Positions 13,921-22,474 of a stretch of DNA of 64,000 bases are shown piece by piece. This DNA is from Halieaceae bacterium. Its GTDB lineage: Bacteria > Pseudomonadota > Gammaproteobacteria > Pseudomonadales > Halieaceae. The notes under the pieces were generated by a model. The model ran no database searches. It was given only the letters and a program-made list of their open reading frames with translations, and was not told the DNA's origin. The DNA is taken from assembly GCA_028277365.1 (NCBI GenBank), contig JANQGK010000206.1:413-64412 (forward strand), given 5' to 3'. The translations under genes were made by a program, and so were the position numbers. How positions within the stretch are numbered: the first letter of the stretch is position 1; each line of letters opens with the position of its first letter.

Positions 13921-15174
13921 TCACTCAACGCTGCCTTGAAGGAGCTGGTATCTGCCGTCTTGGAGATCCGGCGTATCGACGACGCGTCCGTCTATGACGA
14001 CGTTGGTTCGCAGAGCCACCGGACGGGCGCGAACACTGGCATCATCAGACAGGCTCACCGCGACAGTGACCTCCTGCCACCGTTGAGCCTCCTGGCGAAT
14101 GTAGTAGCGAACCACGGCGTCTTCAGCGTCCCAGACAACGGCGTCCGGGTTACGCAGGACGGCCGGCAATTGACGGATGACGTCTACGTCCAGGCCGACC
14201 CGACCCTCTACGCTTCGTGTCATCGCCACCAGCTCGCGATCGCGGACCAAGACGGCAGCATTATTAGGCGGTGCACCTCGACCGATCAGCTGCTCGATGA
14301 CTGTGTTCGGAAGCCAGGCAGCGGTACGGATCGTACCCCTGGCATCCTGCCCGGCCGCTGCGGTCATCACCGCCTGGTTAGCGAAGTACTCGAAGGCGGG
14401 ATCTGCATCCGCCGCACGAATCTGAACCTGGTCCAGCATTGCCCGGCGCAGCTGCGGCGGTAACGCCATGATCCGGTCGCCGAACACTCTGTCAGGCGCC
14501 ATCCACGCCTTGCCGACGTTGTAGTTCCAGCTCACGTCGATTCCGGCTGGTACCTGACCGTAAATCTCACCCGTGTGTGGGTTGTATCGTTCGGTGTTGT
14601 CGAGCGGGGGAGCGGCGGTCTCCTTGAGGTCTTCTCTCTCCATCTGGCGTTGTGACAGCGAGCGCGTAGAGCACCTGCAGTTGAAACCATTTGGCGGGTA
14701 GTGGGTATCCCACCAGGGATCGTCGATCTTCAACACGGTCCCCTCCCACGCCTGGTGCTGATCGCGTACCCTGGGATCGCCGACGGTGAAGTAGCCCAGG
14801 AACGGCCGACGGTCCTTAACGCGCTGATACTGCTGCCACCGCCCAGCCAGGTAGGACGAGCGGACGTTGTTGTTGAAGATCAGCGCCGATCGCCACTGCC
14901 GCGACCCGCGATACGACCAGCCGAACTCTTCAACGACCTGGTCGAACGTCTCCTGGAAATCTGACAGCGTGGTGCCTTCCTCGACCGCGCGCTCGATCGC
15001 AGCGGTGAAGTCGTGGAGGATACCCATTTGCGTCGCACCGGCCACGGTGAACGCCTTGCCACGGATATCACCGACTACCTGGTCCCACCTGGTGGTGGGT
15101 AGCGGCAGCTTCGCACGGAAGTACTCGATGGCTTCCTGTGGCGTTGTGTTTGAGACATTGACCGTAGGCGCCAT
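13921..15174 (-). CDS. Head morphogenesis protein, Mu gpF / SPP1 gp7 family
   Basis: 417 aa with family-typical segments (FRAKLPLPT..W, GxAFTVAG, RSALIFNNNVRSSYLAGRW, GDPRVRDQHQAWEG, PPNGFNCRCS). Confidence 0.85.
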   Translation of the reverse strand: MAPTVNVSNTTPQEAIEYFRAKLPLPTTRWDQVVGDIRGKAFTVAGATQMGILHDFTAAIERAVEEGTTLSDFQETFDQVVEEFGWSYRGSRQWRSALIFNNNVRSSYLAGRWQQYQRVKDRRPFLGYFTVGDPRVRDQHQAWEGTVLKIDDPWWDTHYPPNGFNCRCSTRSLSQRQMEREDLKETAAPPLDNTERYNPHTGEIYGQVPAGIDVSWNYNVGKAWMAPDRVFGDRIMALPPQLRRAMLDQVQIRAADADPAFEYFANQAVMTAAAGQDARGTIRTAAWLPNTVIEQLIGRGAPPNNAAVLVRDRELVAMTRSVEGRVGLDVDVIRQLPAVLRNPDAVVWDAEDAVVRYYIRQEAQRWQEVTVAVSLSDDASVRARPVALRTNVVIDGRVVDTPDLQDGRYQLLQGSVE

Positions 15175-15186
15175 TAGCCGCTACCC

Positions 15187-15543
15187 CTACAAACCCACCG
15201 CTTCGAGCGGAGGCTGTCCGGCACGAATCGAAGATTGGCGGGCGCAGTACTCGAACCACTCCGGCAGCTTGGAGGTCGCGACGCCCTCAGCCTCCGCGAC
15301 GCTGGCTATAGTGCGACCGAGCCACAAAAAGAAAGTGTCACCCTTGCTCAAAGAGTCAGAGTCCCTATCGTAGGCACGGACCGCAGCGAGGTACCTGCGT
15401 TTTACATGGCGAGGCACCATTCGCCAGTGCTTCCCGCACATCAGGACGTTGCTGCGCACCTGGCGCGTACAGCCGGCCGCATGGCATTCCTTCACGTTCG
15501 CATCCCAATATTGAGAGATGCAGCCAGACCGGTTCGCGGCCAC
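15187..15543 (-). CDS. Small basic Cys/His-rich protein (putative zinc-binding), function unknown
   Basis: 118 aa containing ECHAAGCTRQVRSNVLMCGKHW. Overlaps the preceding gene by 52 nt. In the overlap this frame has the higher third-position GC (12/17 versus 9/18, hand count). An alternative start at ATG 15441 is possible. Confidence 0.45.
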   Translation of the reverse strand: MAANRSGCISQYWDANVKECHAAGCTRQVRSNVLMCGKHWRMVPRHVKRRYLAAVRAYDRDSDSLSKGDTFFLWLGRTIASVAEAEGVATSKLPEWFEYCARQSSIRAGQPPLEAVGL

Positions 15544-16265
15544 TCCTTATGCTCATGCCCGTGCAATAGGCATCCACCTTTGTCGGAGGTTGACCCACCC
15601 CACTGCTTAAACCAGACCGGCACACCTCGATCTCGACAGCTGTTTATCACTCCGTACAGCCATGCAGGGTCCATGGATCTGCAGCCCGGTCCACTCTCGC
15701 CACCGACGATCACCCAGTCGATACCTGGGAGCTTTAGGTCAAATCGGTTTAGCCATTCCAGGAGCGGCTCGCAGCTCAGGAACCGGACCTTTGCCGGTAT
15801 GTCTCGCAGCGCGTTGATCCTTGGATACCCGTGCTTCATGTCCTCGACCGTCACGCCGAGCCAGACGTTGTCGTAACCGGCGCCCCAGTCGTCTGGCAGC
15901 CGATCCTGTATCAACGTGGCCCGCTTGGTCAGCAGCTGCCAGTCAAGGAGCGGTGTGTCGCGGATGATTTGCCAAAGCTCATCGAGCGCGCCTGCCGGCG
16001 CATCCTTGTCACACCAGTCCATCAGAGAGCCGCAAAATACCCGTCGACGTCGACCTTCGATTTCGGCCTGCTCGTTCCATTTCCTCGGGTTGTCCCAGAC
16101 GGTCTTCGACCGCTCTGGCTTGACGTGCGGGTCCCAGCGGTTCTTGCCGAAACGATGATCGCGCGCAGCGGCGTAGCAGTTGTCACACCCTGGCGCGATC
16201 TTTGTGCAGCCCTGCCAGGGATTGAAGGTGTGGTCGGTCCAGCTGATGCCTGTCGTGTCGCCCAT
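15492..16265 (-). CDS. DUF5131 / phage Gp37-Gp68 family protein
   Basis: Track ORF 15492..16433 trimmed to ATG 16265, which has an AGGAA RBS and lies 8 nt after the upstream stop. The N-terminus MGDTTGISWTDHTFNPWQGCTKIAPGCDNCYA is the family hallmark, including a CX6CX2C cluster. Confidence 0.75.
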   Translation of the reverse strand: MGDTTGISWTDHTFNPWQGCTKIAPGCDNCYAAARDHRFGKNRWDPHVKPERSKTVWDNPRKWNEQAEIEGRRRRVFCGSLMDWCDKDAPAGALDELWQIIRDTPLLDWQLLTKRATLIQDRLPDDWGAGYDNVWLGVTVEDMKHGYPRINALRDIPAKVRFLSCEPLLEWLNRFDLKLPGIDWVIVGGESGPGCRSMDPAWLYGVINSCRDRGVPVWFKQWGGSTSDKGGCLLHGHEHKEWPRTGLAASLNIGMRT

Positions 16266-16273
16266 TGCAGTTC

Positions 16274-16978
16274 CTATTGCGGCAGCGGCGAGTGCCTGGG
16301 CTTCGCCGCCTGCTTTGCTCGAATCTTCGGGATATCGAGCCAGATGCGATCCAACTCGGTGCGGGCACACTGCTGTAGGTCTAACTTGTTGGCGATGCAC
16401 CAGGCGGCCAATGTGACCATGACGCCACCACACTCCTGTGGCGGGTCGCCCACTGGCCTATTAAAGACGTAGTCGACCAGCTGGTGAGCCTCCTCTGCTG
16501 TACAGCCAGTCGATTGCACCAACTCCAGGGCCTCCTCTAGGAAACGGTGATTCCGCTCATCGCGGTCAGCCGTGATGTCCTCGCCGAAACACGTCAGCAT
16601 CCACTTATGCACCTCACCCTGGAAGACTCCGGCGTTCTTGAGGACGCGCACCTGCTCGAACAACTCTGTAGCCGTGTCCTGGGCCTGCATTCGCGCCTCA
16701 CGCTCCGTGGTGCGTCGCATCGGGCCATGCCCGTTGGCGCAATCATGCGGCCAGTTGTTCGCACCCATTTCGCCAGTCGACGCGCACATCGTCATTGACA
16801 CCAGGACGAAGCCGCACTCGTCACACGTCCAATTGCCGGGCACGTACAGCTGCTCCTCTCGCTTTTCTACTTGCCGACTGATCTCGGCCAGGAACCAATC
16901 CACCGTCTCCTGCGCCAAGTACTTCTCAATGTCGTCGGGGATGTCGACCCGCAGGCCGTTACTCAGAATGTGATTCAT
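16274..16978 (-). CDS. Zinc-ribbon-like N-domain fused to a MazG/DUF550-like NTP pyrophosphohydrolase domain
   Basis: 234 aa. N-half WTCDECGF...MCAS...HDCANGH. C-half resembles all-alpha NTP-PPases (ERNHRFLEEALELVQSTG...LVDYVFNRPVGDPPQECGGVMVTLAAWC). Recognised by eye only. Confidence 0.55.
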   Translation of the reverse strand: MNHILSNGLRVDIPDDIEKYLAQETVDWFLAEISRQVEKREEQLYVPGNWTCDECGFVLVSMTMCASTGEMGANNWPHDCANGHGPMRRTTEREARMQAQDTATELFEQVRVLKNAGVFQGEVHKWMLTCFGEDITADRDERNHRFLEEALELVQSTGCTAEEAHQLVDYVFNRPVGDPPQECGGVMVTLAAWCIANKLDLQQCARTELDRIWLDIPKIRAKQAAKPRHSPLPQ

Positions 16979-17066
16979 GGTTCAGCTCTACTGTTGTGGG
17001 GTTTGCGTGCAACTTCCAGTGCTGATCAGGGTTCGACAGGGCCGAGGGCTCTGTTAATCTTCGCGC

Positions 17067-17735
17067 ATGTGTGGACGAATGACTTACCGCCGGTACGACT
17101 ATCGGTTTCCGCCCTTGATCGAGGGGACTGCGCCTGAGTCGAAACCGACCAGGGTTCCTGACACGGATATCCGGCCCAGTATGGCGATCCCCGTTATCTC
17201 CACCCGTCGTGGTTCGCCCGGACTCGAATTCCGGTACTGGGGCTACCAGAAGGAGCTGAGAAAGCGAACGTATCCCAATGCGCGTGATGACAAACTGACC
17301 GGCTATTGGTGGAAGACCTTCGAGGAAGGCCGGTGTTTGATCGCTATCGACGGCTGGTACGAGTGGGTCGAGGTACCTGGTGCTCCCGAGTCCGCAGCCG
17401 CCCGGAAGGCAGCGGGCCTCTCCAGGGCCGGCAAGCAGCGGCTGTTCTACGAGTTCACTGGCTCGCCGGCATTTCTTCTCGCCGGTTTGTATGGCCAGGG
17501 TCTCGTGAAGAATCACAAGGGTGAGTGGGTCGAGGGGCCTGTCGCTGTCGTCATCACGACGAGCGCCTGCGACCAGATTGCGGCGTCCGGCCACGACCGG
17601 CAGCCCGTTGTCATTCCGATGAACGCTGCGGAGGAGTGGCTGAACGGCAAGGACGATTACTCGCTGATCAGGTCCGAACAGTATCAAGACTTGCAGATCT
17701 CGCCGGTGGCCGGCCCCGTGCCGCCCCGGATCTGA
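17067..17735 (+). CDS. SOS-response-associated peptidase (SRAP / YedK-type abasic-site processing protein)
   Basis: Starts MCGR (catalytic Cys2). Also has NARDD, RCLIAIDGWYEW and HDRQPVVIP motifs collinear with E. coli YedK. It is the only plus-strand gene in the prophage left arm. Confidence 0.8.
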   Translation: MCGRMTYRRYDYRFPPLIEGTAPESKPTRVPDTDIRPSMAIPVISTRRGSPGLEFRYWGYQKELRKRTYPNARDDKLTGYWWKTFEEGRCLIAIDGWYEWVEVPGAPESAAARKAAGLSRAGKQRLFYEFTGSPAFLLAGLYGQGLVKNHKGEWVEGPVAVVITTSACDQIAASGHDRQPVVIPMNAAEEWLNGKDDYSLIRSEQYQDLQISPVAGPVPPRI

Positions 17736-17743
17736 CCAGGCGC

Positions 17744-17989
17744 TCACAAGGCCGCCCTGTTGTTCAGCCACATCCGTGCCCACGCACCGCAGTAGAAGAT
17801 AGAGAGGATGAACTCGCCCCATTGGCCGGCCATCCAGGCCGCCGCCAACCAGACAGGCTGAAACAGCACGCCGATCAGCCCGGCGCGCGCACGGACACGC
17901 GCGGACAGGCTCGTCGACAGGTAGCTCGCTGCGATGGCGGATACCATCAACACGGCTTGCAGCGCGTCGTCGATGAACTCGACGGTCAT
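17744..17989 (-). CDS. Small membrane protein (81 aa, 2-3 TM), function unknown
   Basis: Hydrophobic segments (AVLMVSAIAASYL, GLIGVLFQPVWLAAAWMA, FILSIFYCGAW). TAATG start/stop coupling with the upstream gene. Third-position GC is 15/18 in the last 18 codons (hand count). Confidence 0.5.
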   Translation of the reverse strand: MTVEFIDDALQAVLMVSAIAASYLSTSLSARVRARAGLIGVLFQPVWLAAAWMAGQWGEFILSIFYCGAWARMWLNNRAAL

Positions 17990-18639
17990 TACCCTTCATG
18001 GCCCAGCAGTGCCCGGCGCGCAATGATCATCGCAAGCAACACGAACGAATCTTCCAGATCACCCGCCGCGAGATCTCGCTGCAGCAGCTCCAGGAGCGCC
18101 GACTCCTCCAACTCATTGCAGTGCCAACCGCCGCCGTAGCCTCTCTCTCGCAGTTCAGCCACGCGCTCCAGGATCACAGTCCCGGCCACCTCCGCCAGCG
18201 TTTCGTCCGCTTGCTCATCGCTGACCGAGCTGAGCAGGCGCAGCAGCAGGTCACGACGGGGAACACCTGGTGTTTCTACGGGCGGTACCGGCGAGGGCGC
18301 GGCTGCGGATCGCGGCGTGGCGGCGGGCTTCCTGGTGGCCGCTCTGTTGGGCTGGGCGGCCGCACCTGGTGCGCGTTCGGCACCAGGCTGCTGGCCTTTG
18401 TCGTTGCTGCCTTTGCGGTCTGGTTCGCTCCCCTTGATGTAGTGCAACGACGGCGCTGGGCCTTTTCGCACTACCGTGATTTCCCCCACGTCCTTGAGTC
18501 GCTTGATCTTGGCGCGTGCGACCGCTTCAGTCACACCGTAGGTGTCGGCGATATCGATCGCCGTGCAACCAGGGTTACCGTGGATGTGTTGCAGCGCATC
18601 TTCCTCAGTCAGCGGAGCGCTTCCAGTACCTCTGTTCAC
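17989..18639 (-). CDS. Winged-helix-like DNA-binding domain protein, function unknown
   Basis: 216 aa. The N-terminal ~60 aa look like a wHTH (GCTAIDIADTYGVTEAVARAKIKRLKDVGEITVVRKG). This is followed by a Pro/Ala-rich linker and an acidic helical C-terminal domain. Confidence 0.5.
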   Translation of the reverse strand: MNRGTGSAPLTEEDALQHIHGNPGCTAIDIADTYGVTEAVARAKIKRLKDVGEITVVRKGPAPSLHYIKGSEPDRKGSNDKGQQPGAERAPGAAAQPNRAATRKPAATPRSAAAPSPVPPVETPGVPRRDLLLRLLSSVSDEQADETLAEVAGTVILERVAELRERGYGGGWHCNELEESALLELLQRDLAAGDLEDSFVLLAMIIARRALLGHEG

Positions 18640-18659
18640 GTGCTCGTCTCCCGACGTGG

Positions 18660-19253
18660 CTAGGGCCGCGTCTTCTGAAGGTCTCTGTAGAAATGTGCCC
18701 AGCGCCGGAGCGCCTTGGGTGTGTTGAACGAGTAGCTGTGGCGGAACGGGTCAGCCCATTTACGGCCGACCGCCTTGATGTTCGTGATGCGAGGATCGAA
18801 CTCGGCGTGCGCGTGCCCGAAACGACCCATCGCGCCAAACCTGTGCGCGGGCAGCAGACTGCCCACGCCGATCGCACGGTCTTCCGGGTTGTACACCACG
18901 GTAAGGGACTCACAGCCCCACAGCGGTATCACCGCATCGCGATCCATCGCCGGGGCAAACCAGATCACATGGCGAAACTCAGCGCCCCGCAGCATGGCTT
19001 CATGACTGAGCAGGCACCCAGCGCTGTGGGCGATCAGATCACAGCCGGCCCCTGTGATCGCGTCCAGCAGGTACTTCACACGGGCTTCGATGACGCGATC
19101 GAATCCGTGCCACATGAGGAAGAGGACGTGCAGGAAGTTGATCTGCGGGTAGTCGACGTCATGGGTCTCGAAACCCAGCTCAGCGATGCGCTTGGACAGC
19201 AAGTCGGTGTTCTCGCTGCCGTCACTCCGAATGCCTGGCACGGTGAGGAGCAT
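18660..19253 (-). CDS. Alpha/beta-hydrolase-like protein (putative esterase), function unknown
   Basis: 197 aa from ATG 19253, which shares its A with the portal stop (TGATG). The track's TTG at 19256 is one codon longer. Nucleophile-elbow-like motif IAHSAG, with downstream D/H candidates. Confidence 0.5.
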   Translation of the reverse strand: MLLTVPGIRSDGSENTDLLSKRIAELGFETHDVDYPQINFLHVLFLMWHGFDRVIEARVKYLLDAITGAGCDLIAHSAGCLLSHEAMLRGAEFRHVIWFAPAMDRDAVIPLWGCESLTVVYNPEDRAIGVGSLLPAHRFGAMGRFGHAHAEFDPRITNIKAVGRKWADPFRHSYSFNTPKALRRWAHFYRDLQKTRP

Positions 19254-20725
19254 CAATTCTCCTCCGTGGCATCATTGATGCCTTCCAGGAGACCCGCCTG
19301 CATGGCGCGCTCTAGCGCCTCCTGCAGCGAGGTCGTGTCCATGTCGAAGAAGATATCCTGGAGCGCGGACAGCATCGCCTCAAAGGTCGGCGCATCACCG
19401 ACGACGTCCCGAACCAGGTCGACCATGGCGACGATCGCGGCGTCCACCTCGTTCTCACTGAATTCGTGCCAGTCACCGTTGGTTGGCGCGTTGAATTCGC
19501 CTCCACCGGGTGCGGGCATCTGCTGGCCCAGGTCAGCTCTGCGCGGGAGTACGTCCTCACCTTCCTTCGGCATCGGGATGTGCAGAAACTTGTAGGCCCA
19601 GGGTACCGGCACGTCCACCGAGAGCCGCGCCTCGTTCAGGTAACGCACGCGGTCAGGGTTGGCCTCGACATCTGCCGTGAAGACGAACTTCGCGGGCATG
19701 GCATTGGGCACGTTCACCAGGGCGATCCACTCGTTCATCTCGTTGAGTGTGTCGGTGACCATCTGCCGGTCGGCCTTGATGTTGCGGCGGCCCCGGTTGT
19801 CGTGAGTCTCAGTCGCGGCGCGTGCGCCTTGGCCTTTCTGCTCGATCGCCAGGGTGGATGACACCAGGGCCTTCGACATTTCCGCGTTGCACAGGTTGAT
19901 GAGCTGAGCATGCAGCGGCTCGCCGGTGTGCTGGTGTTCCAGCAGCTCGATCGCGTTGCCCTCCTGGACGGCCGCGACACCGTCCTCCACCATACCCGCC
20001 AGCCCCTTCAGCAGCTCGTTGATGTCCGGCTCCGAGGTGCCCATGGGATAGCGGCCGACAGCCCAGGGAATCCCATACTTGTCGCAGAACTTCACGAAGC
20101 CTTTCCAGCCCGAGTGCTTGAACACGTAGGGCCAGAAGCACGTCGACAGCAGCGCCGTCCCGTAGGGGTTTGCACCGTCCGGCATGTGGCGTGTCACGAG
20201 CCATTGGCCTGGCGTCAGCTCTTTGCCCTGTGGCTCGGACGCGGTGCGTAGCCGCAGGTCGTTCTCCTTTCCAAAAACAAAACGATGGTTCGGCCAGCTG
20301 ATGACCTGGCCAGGTAACCAGACGCTGTCCATTGCTGCCCACTTGAGTTGCTGCACTGAGAAACCTCGCAGCGTCGACTTCCAGATATCCCAGATCAGGT
20401 CTGGCCAGCGGGAGTTCGTCGACGGACGGCGATCGTAGACACGCTTCGTGATTTCATAGGCGCGCATCGACGCGGCGTCCTCACCACCTGGCTGGATGGA
20501 CCACTCGAAGCTCAGCAGGCTCCCTCGGATGGATCGCAGCTCACCCATGACATGGGCATCGTGCATGATGTCCTCGTAGACGGTCTGCGACTTGTTGGCC
20601 TTCCGCAGGACCGGGTCCGGGTTCGGCAGCACACTCAGCACGTTGTGAAGCGTGTCGGAGGTCGCCAGGGATTCGATATCCGGGGTCCGCAGCTTGCTTT
20701 TCTTGAGGTTGATCTGGTCGTTCAT
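19253..20725 (-). CDS. Portal protein, Mu gp29 / DUF935 family
   Basis: 490 aa with IMHDAHVMGELRSIRGSLLSFEWSIQPG typical of DUF935 portals. Lies directly downstream of the large terminase. Confidence 0.85.
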   Translation of the reverse strand: MNDQINLKKSKLRTPDIESLATSDTLHNVLSVLPNPDPVLRKANKSQTVYEDIMHDAHVMGELRSIRGSLLSFEWSIQPGGEDAASMRAYEITKRVYDRRPSTNSRWPDLIWDIWKSTLRGFSVQQLKWAAMDSVWLPGQVISWPNHRFVFGKENDLRLRTASEPQGKELTPGQWLVTRHMPDGANPYGTALLSTCFWPYVFKHSGWKGFVKFCDKYGIPWAVGRYPMGTSEPDINELLKGLAGMVEDGVAAVQEGNAIELLEHQHTGEPLHAQLINLCNAEMSKALVSSTLAIEQKGQGARAATETHDNRGRRNIKADRQMVTDTLNEMNEWIALVNVPNAMPAKFVFTADVEANPDRVRYLNEARLSVDVPVPWAYKFLHIPMPKEGEDVLPRRADLGQQMPAPGGGEFNAPTNGDWHEFSENEVDAAIVAMVDLVRDVVGDAPTFEAMLSALQDIFFDMDTTSLQEALERAMQAGLLEGINDATEEN

Positions 20726-20734
20726 CGCCGCCCC

Positions 20735-22474
20735 CTAGTGGCCGGACATATCCGTACCCGTCACGGCACGGTGAGAGTGGATTTCCGGGAGACCGCCCGC
20801 GCGCTGGACCGCGACGGTCCAGAGCAGATGCAGGGCGCAGAGGCCGTCGAAGTGGTGATGACTTTGTGGCTCGGGGAAGTCCCGCAGCTCACCGTGAAGA
20901 CTCGTCAACGAGCTGTGAAACAGGATGTGAGGCTCAGCGCCGGTAATGAACGGCTCCAGCCCCTCGATCCGCTCCTCCTGGCTGACGACGGCCGGCACCG
21001 GGATCAGCGGCAGCGACACGCCTTCGTCGATCGCATCGCTCATAAACTGTTGGCGCATGTACTCGTAGGCGTTGTTGTTCTCAAAGCCCCAGCCGATGAT
21101 CTCGGGGTAGCGCACCTGCATGCGGATGAGGTCGGCTTTGAGTTTGGACGGCACACGGCGCTTGATGGCCGCTTCCAGGACGTGGAGCTTCTTCAGTTTC
21201 CGGTGGAAGCCACCCACCAGGATCGCGGACGGGTGGCTGCTCTCGCCCTTGCCCATCGACGGATCACAGGCGCCGTAAAACACCCAGGACGGCTCTCGGC
21301 GCACGAAAAACTGGAATTCATGGAACACCTGGTCCTCGGCGGTACGAGGCTCGCCCTGCATCTCGGTATTGAAGGATCGCTCATTGCTGGCACGGTCCAT
21401 CATCAGGGTGTACAGCGAACGCACGGCGGGCCAGGACGTGACCGCGCCCTTCTCCATGCGCTTGCGGTTGGTCCGGTAGTACTTGTAGGACGGACGCTCC
21501 GCGACTGGCATCGGTGCGTTGCGACGGGCCTGCCAGTTGGCCTCAGCGGCACGATCCTCGTTGAGCGCGATCTGGACGCACTTCTCCCAGAGGTGCATGG
21601 CGGTAGGCAGCTTGATCAACGCCTTGAAGTGATGCACCAGATGGCCGATCGCGTTCTTGGCCCGACTGACCGGATCGTCCTTGTCGAGCACGGTGGCCAC
21701 CGTGGCGACCTTCACACTGCCGTCCGGCGGGCCGAGGTATTTGACGGTCTTGTTGAACCAGTCCCAGCGCTTCTCGCGCTCGGTCGGCGACTTCGCTTCC
21801 TTGTCGGTGATCAGGTCGTCGCCCAGCAGCACCTTCGGACGGCTCGAACCGTGGAAGGTGCCCCGCATGGCCTGGTCGGCACCGAACGCTTCGAGCTTCA
21901 CACCGTTGACGGTGTCCGCGTTGCCCAGCGTCCACTTAGCGCTGCGGCCGCACACTTCCGGGAAGTCCATCGCCACCGCGCTGTTGCAGGTCAGCTCCGT
22001 CTTAACGACTTCGATTAGCTTGGTGGGCATGCGCAGCTCGGCGCCCAGGAAGACGATGTAGTCGTTGTTCGGTGGCGGTTCGCCCTTCCAGCCAATCTCT
22101 TTGCGCACGTCAGGGTTGTTGAGCAGTCCCTGAATTGCGATGTACACCGGGCCGATCTTCGTCAGCAGCGTTGACTTGGCTTCACCGCGCGGCGCGACGA
22201 ACCACTCGATTAGGCCCTGCTCGCTGCGCAGCATCTTCGGAAATCGCTCACAGAAGAACGCCTGAAACTCCGAGGGTTCCCCCCAGATGTGGTGCGGGAA
22301 GTAGGTGTAGGCGAAGTACTTGAAGTCGCCCATTAACACCTTTTTGCGCCGTGCTTGAATGGCGGATGGCGAGGGGTCGAGGCCGACCTCGGCGGCTTCG
22401 ATATCCCGACGTAGTTTCCGGCGCAGGTCGGCCAGCTCCACCAGGAACTCGCGCGTTTTCATATCGCGGCTCAT
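20735..22474 (-). CDS. Terminase large subunit (Mu gp28-like)
   Basis: 579 aa. Walker A-like VAPRGEAKSTL, ATPase N-domain and nuclease C-domain with acidic motifs. Sits between the DUF1804 small subunit and the portal. Confidence 0.85.
   Translation of the reverse strand: MSRDMKTREFLVELADLRRKLRRDIEAAEVGLDPSPSAIQARRKKVLMGDFKYFAYTYFPHHIWGEPSEFQAFFCERFPKMLRSEQGLIEWFVAPRGEAKSTLLTKIGPVYIAIQGLLNNPDVRKEIGWKGEPPPNNDYIVFLGAELRMPTKLIEVVKTELTCNSAVAMDFPEVCGRSAKWTLGNADTVNGVKLEAFGADQAMRGTFHGSSRPKVLLGDDLITDKEAKSPTEREKRWDWFNKTVKYLGPPDGSVKVATVATVLDKDDPVSRAKNAIGHLVHHFKALIKLPTAMHLWEKCVQIALNEDRAAEANWQARRNAPMPVAERPSYKYYRTNRKRMEKGAVTSWPAVRSLYTLMMDRASNERSFNTEMQGEPRTAEDQVFHEFQFFVRREPSWVFYGACDPSMGKGESSHPSAILVGGFHRKLKKLHVLEAAIKRRVPSKLKADLIRMQVRYPEIIGWGFENNNAYEYMRQQFMSDAIDEGVSLPLIPVPAVVSQEERIEGLEPFITGAEPHILFHSSLTSLHGELRDFPEPQSHHHFDGLCALHLLWTVAVQRAGGLPEIHSHRAVTGTDMSGH

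Noticed and set aside
16979-17066. LexA (SOS) box upstream of the SRAP gene
   Set aside because: The only CTG...CAG pair (CTGATCAGGGTTCGACAG) has 12 nt between the trinucleotides instead of the 10 in CTGT-N8-ACAG.
16959-18023. 354-aa minus-strand ORF covering the SRAP gene region
   Set aside because: The opposite strand encodes a protein with the full SRAP motif set starting at MCGR. The 354-aa translation is Arg-rich junk. Its upstream part conflicts with the 81-aa membrane ORF, whose frame carries the high third-position GC.
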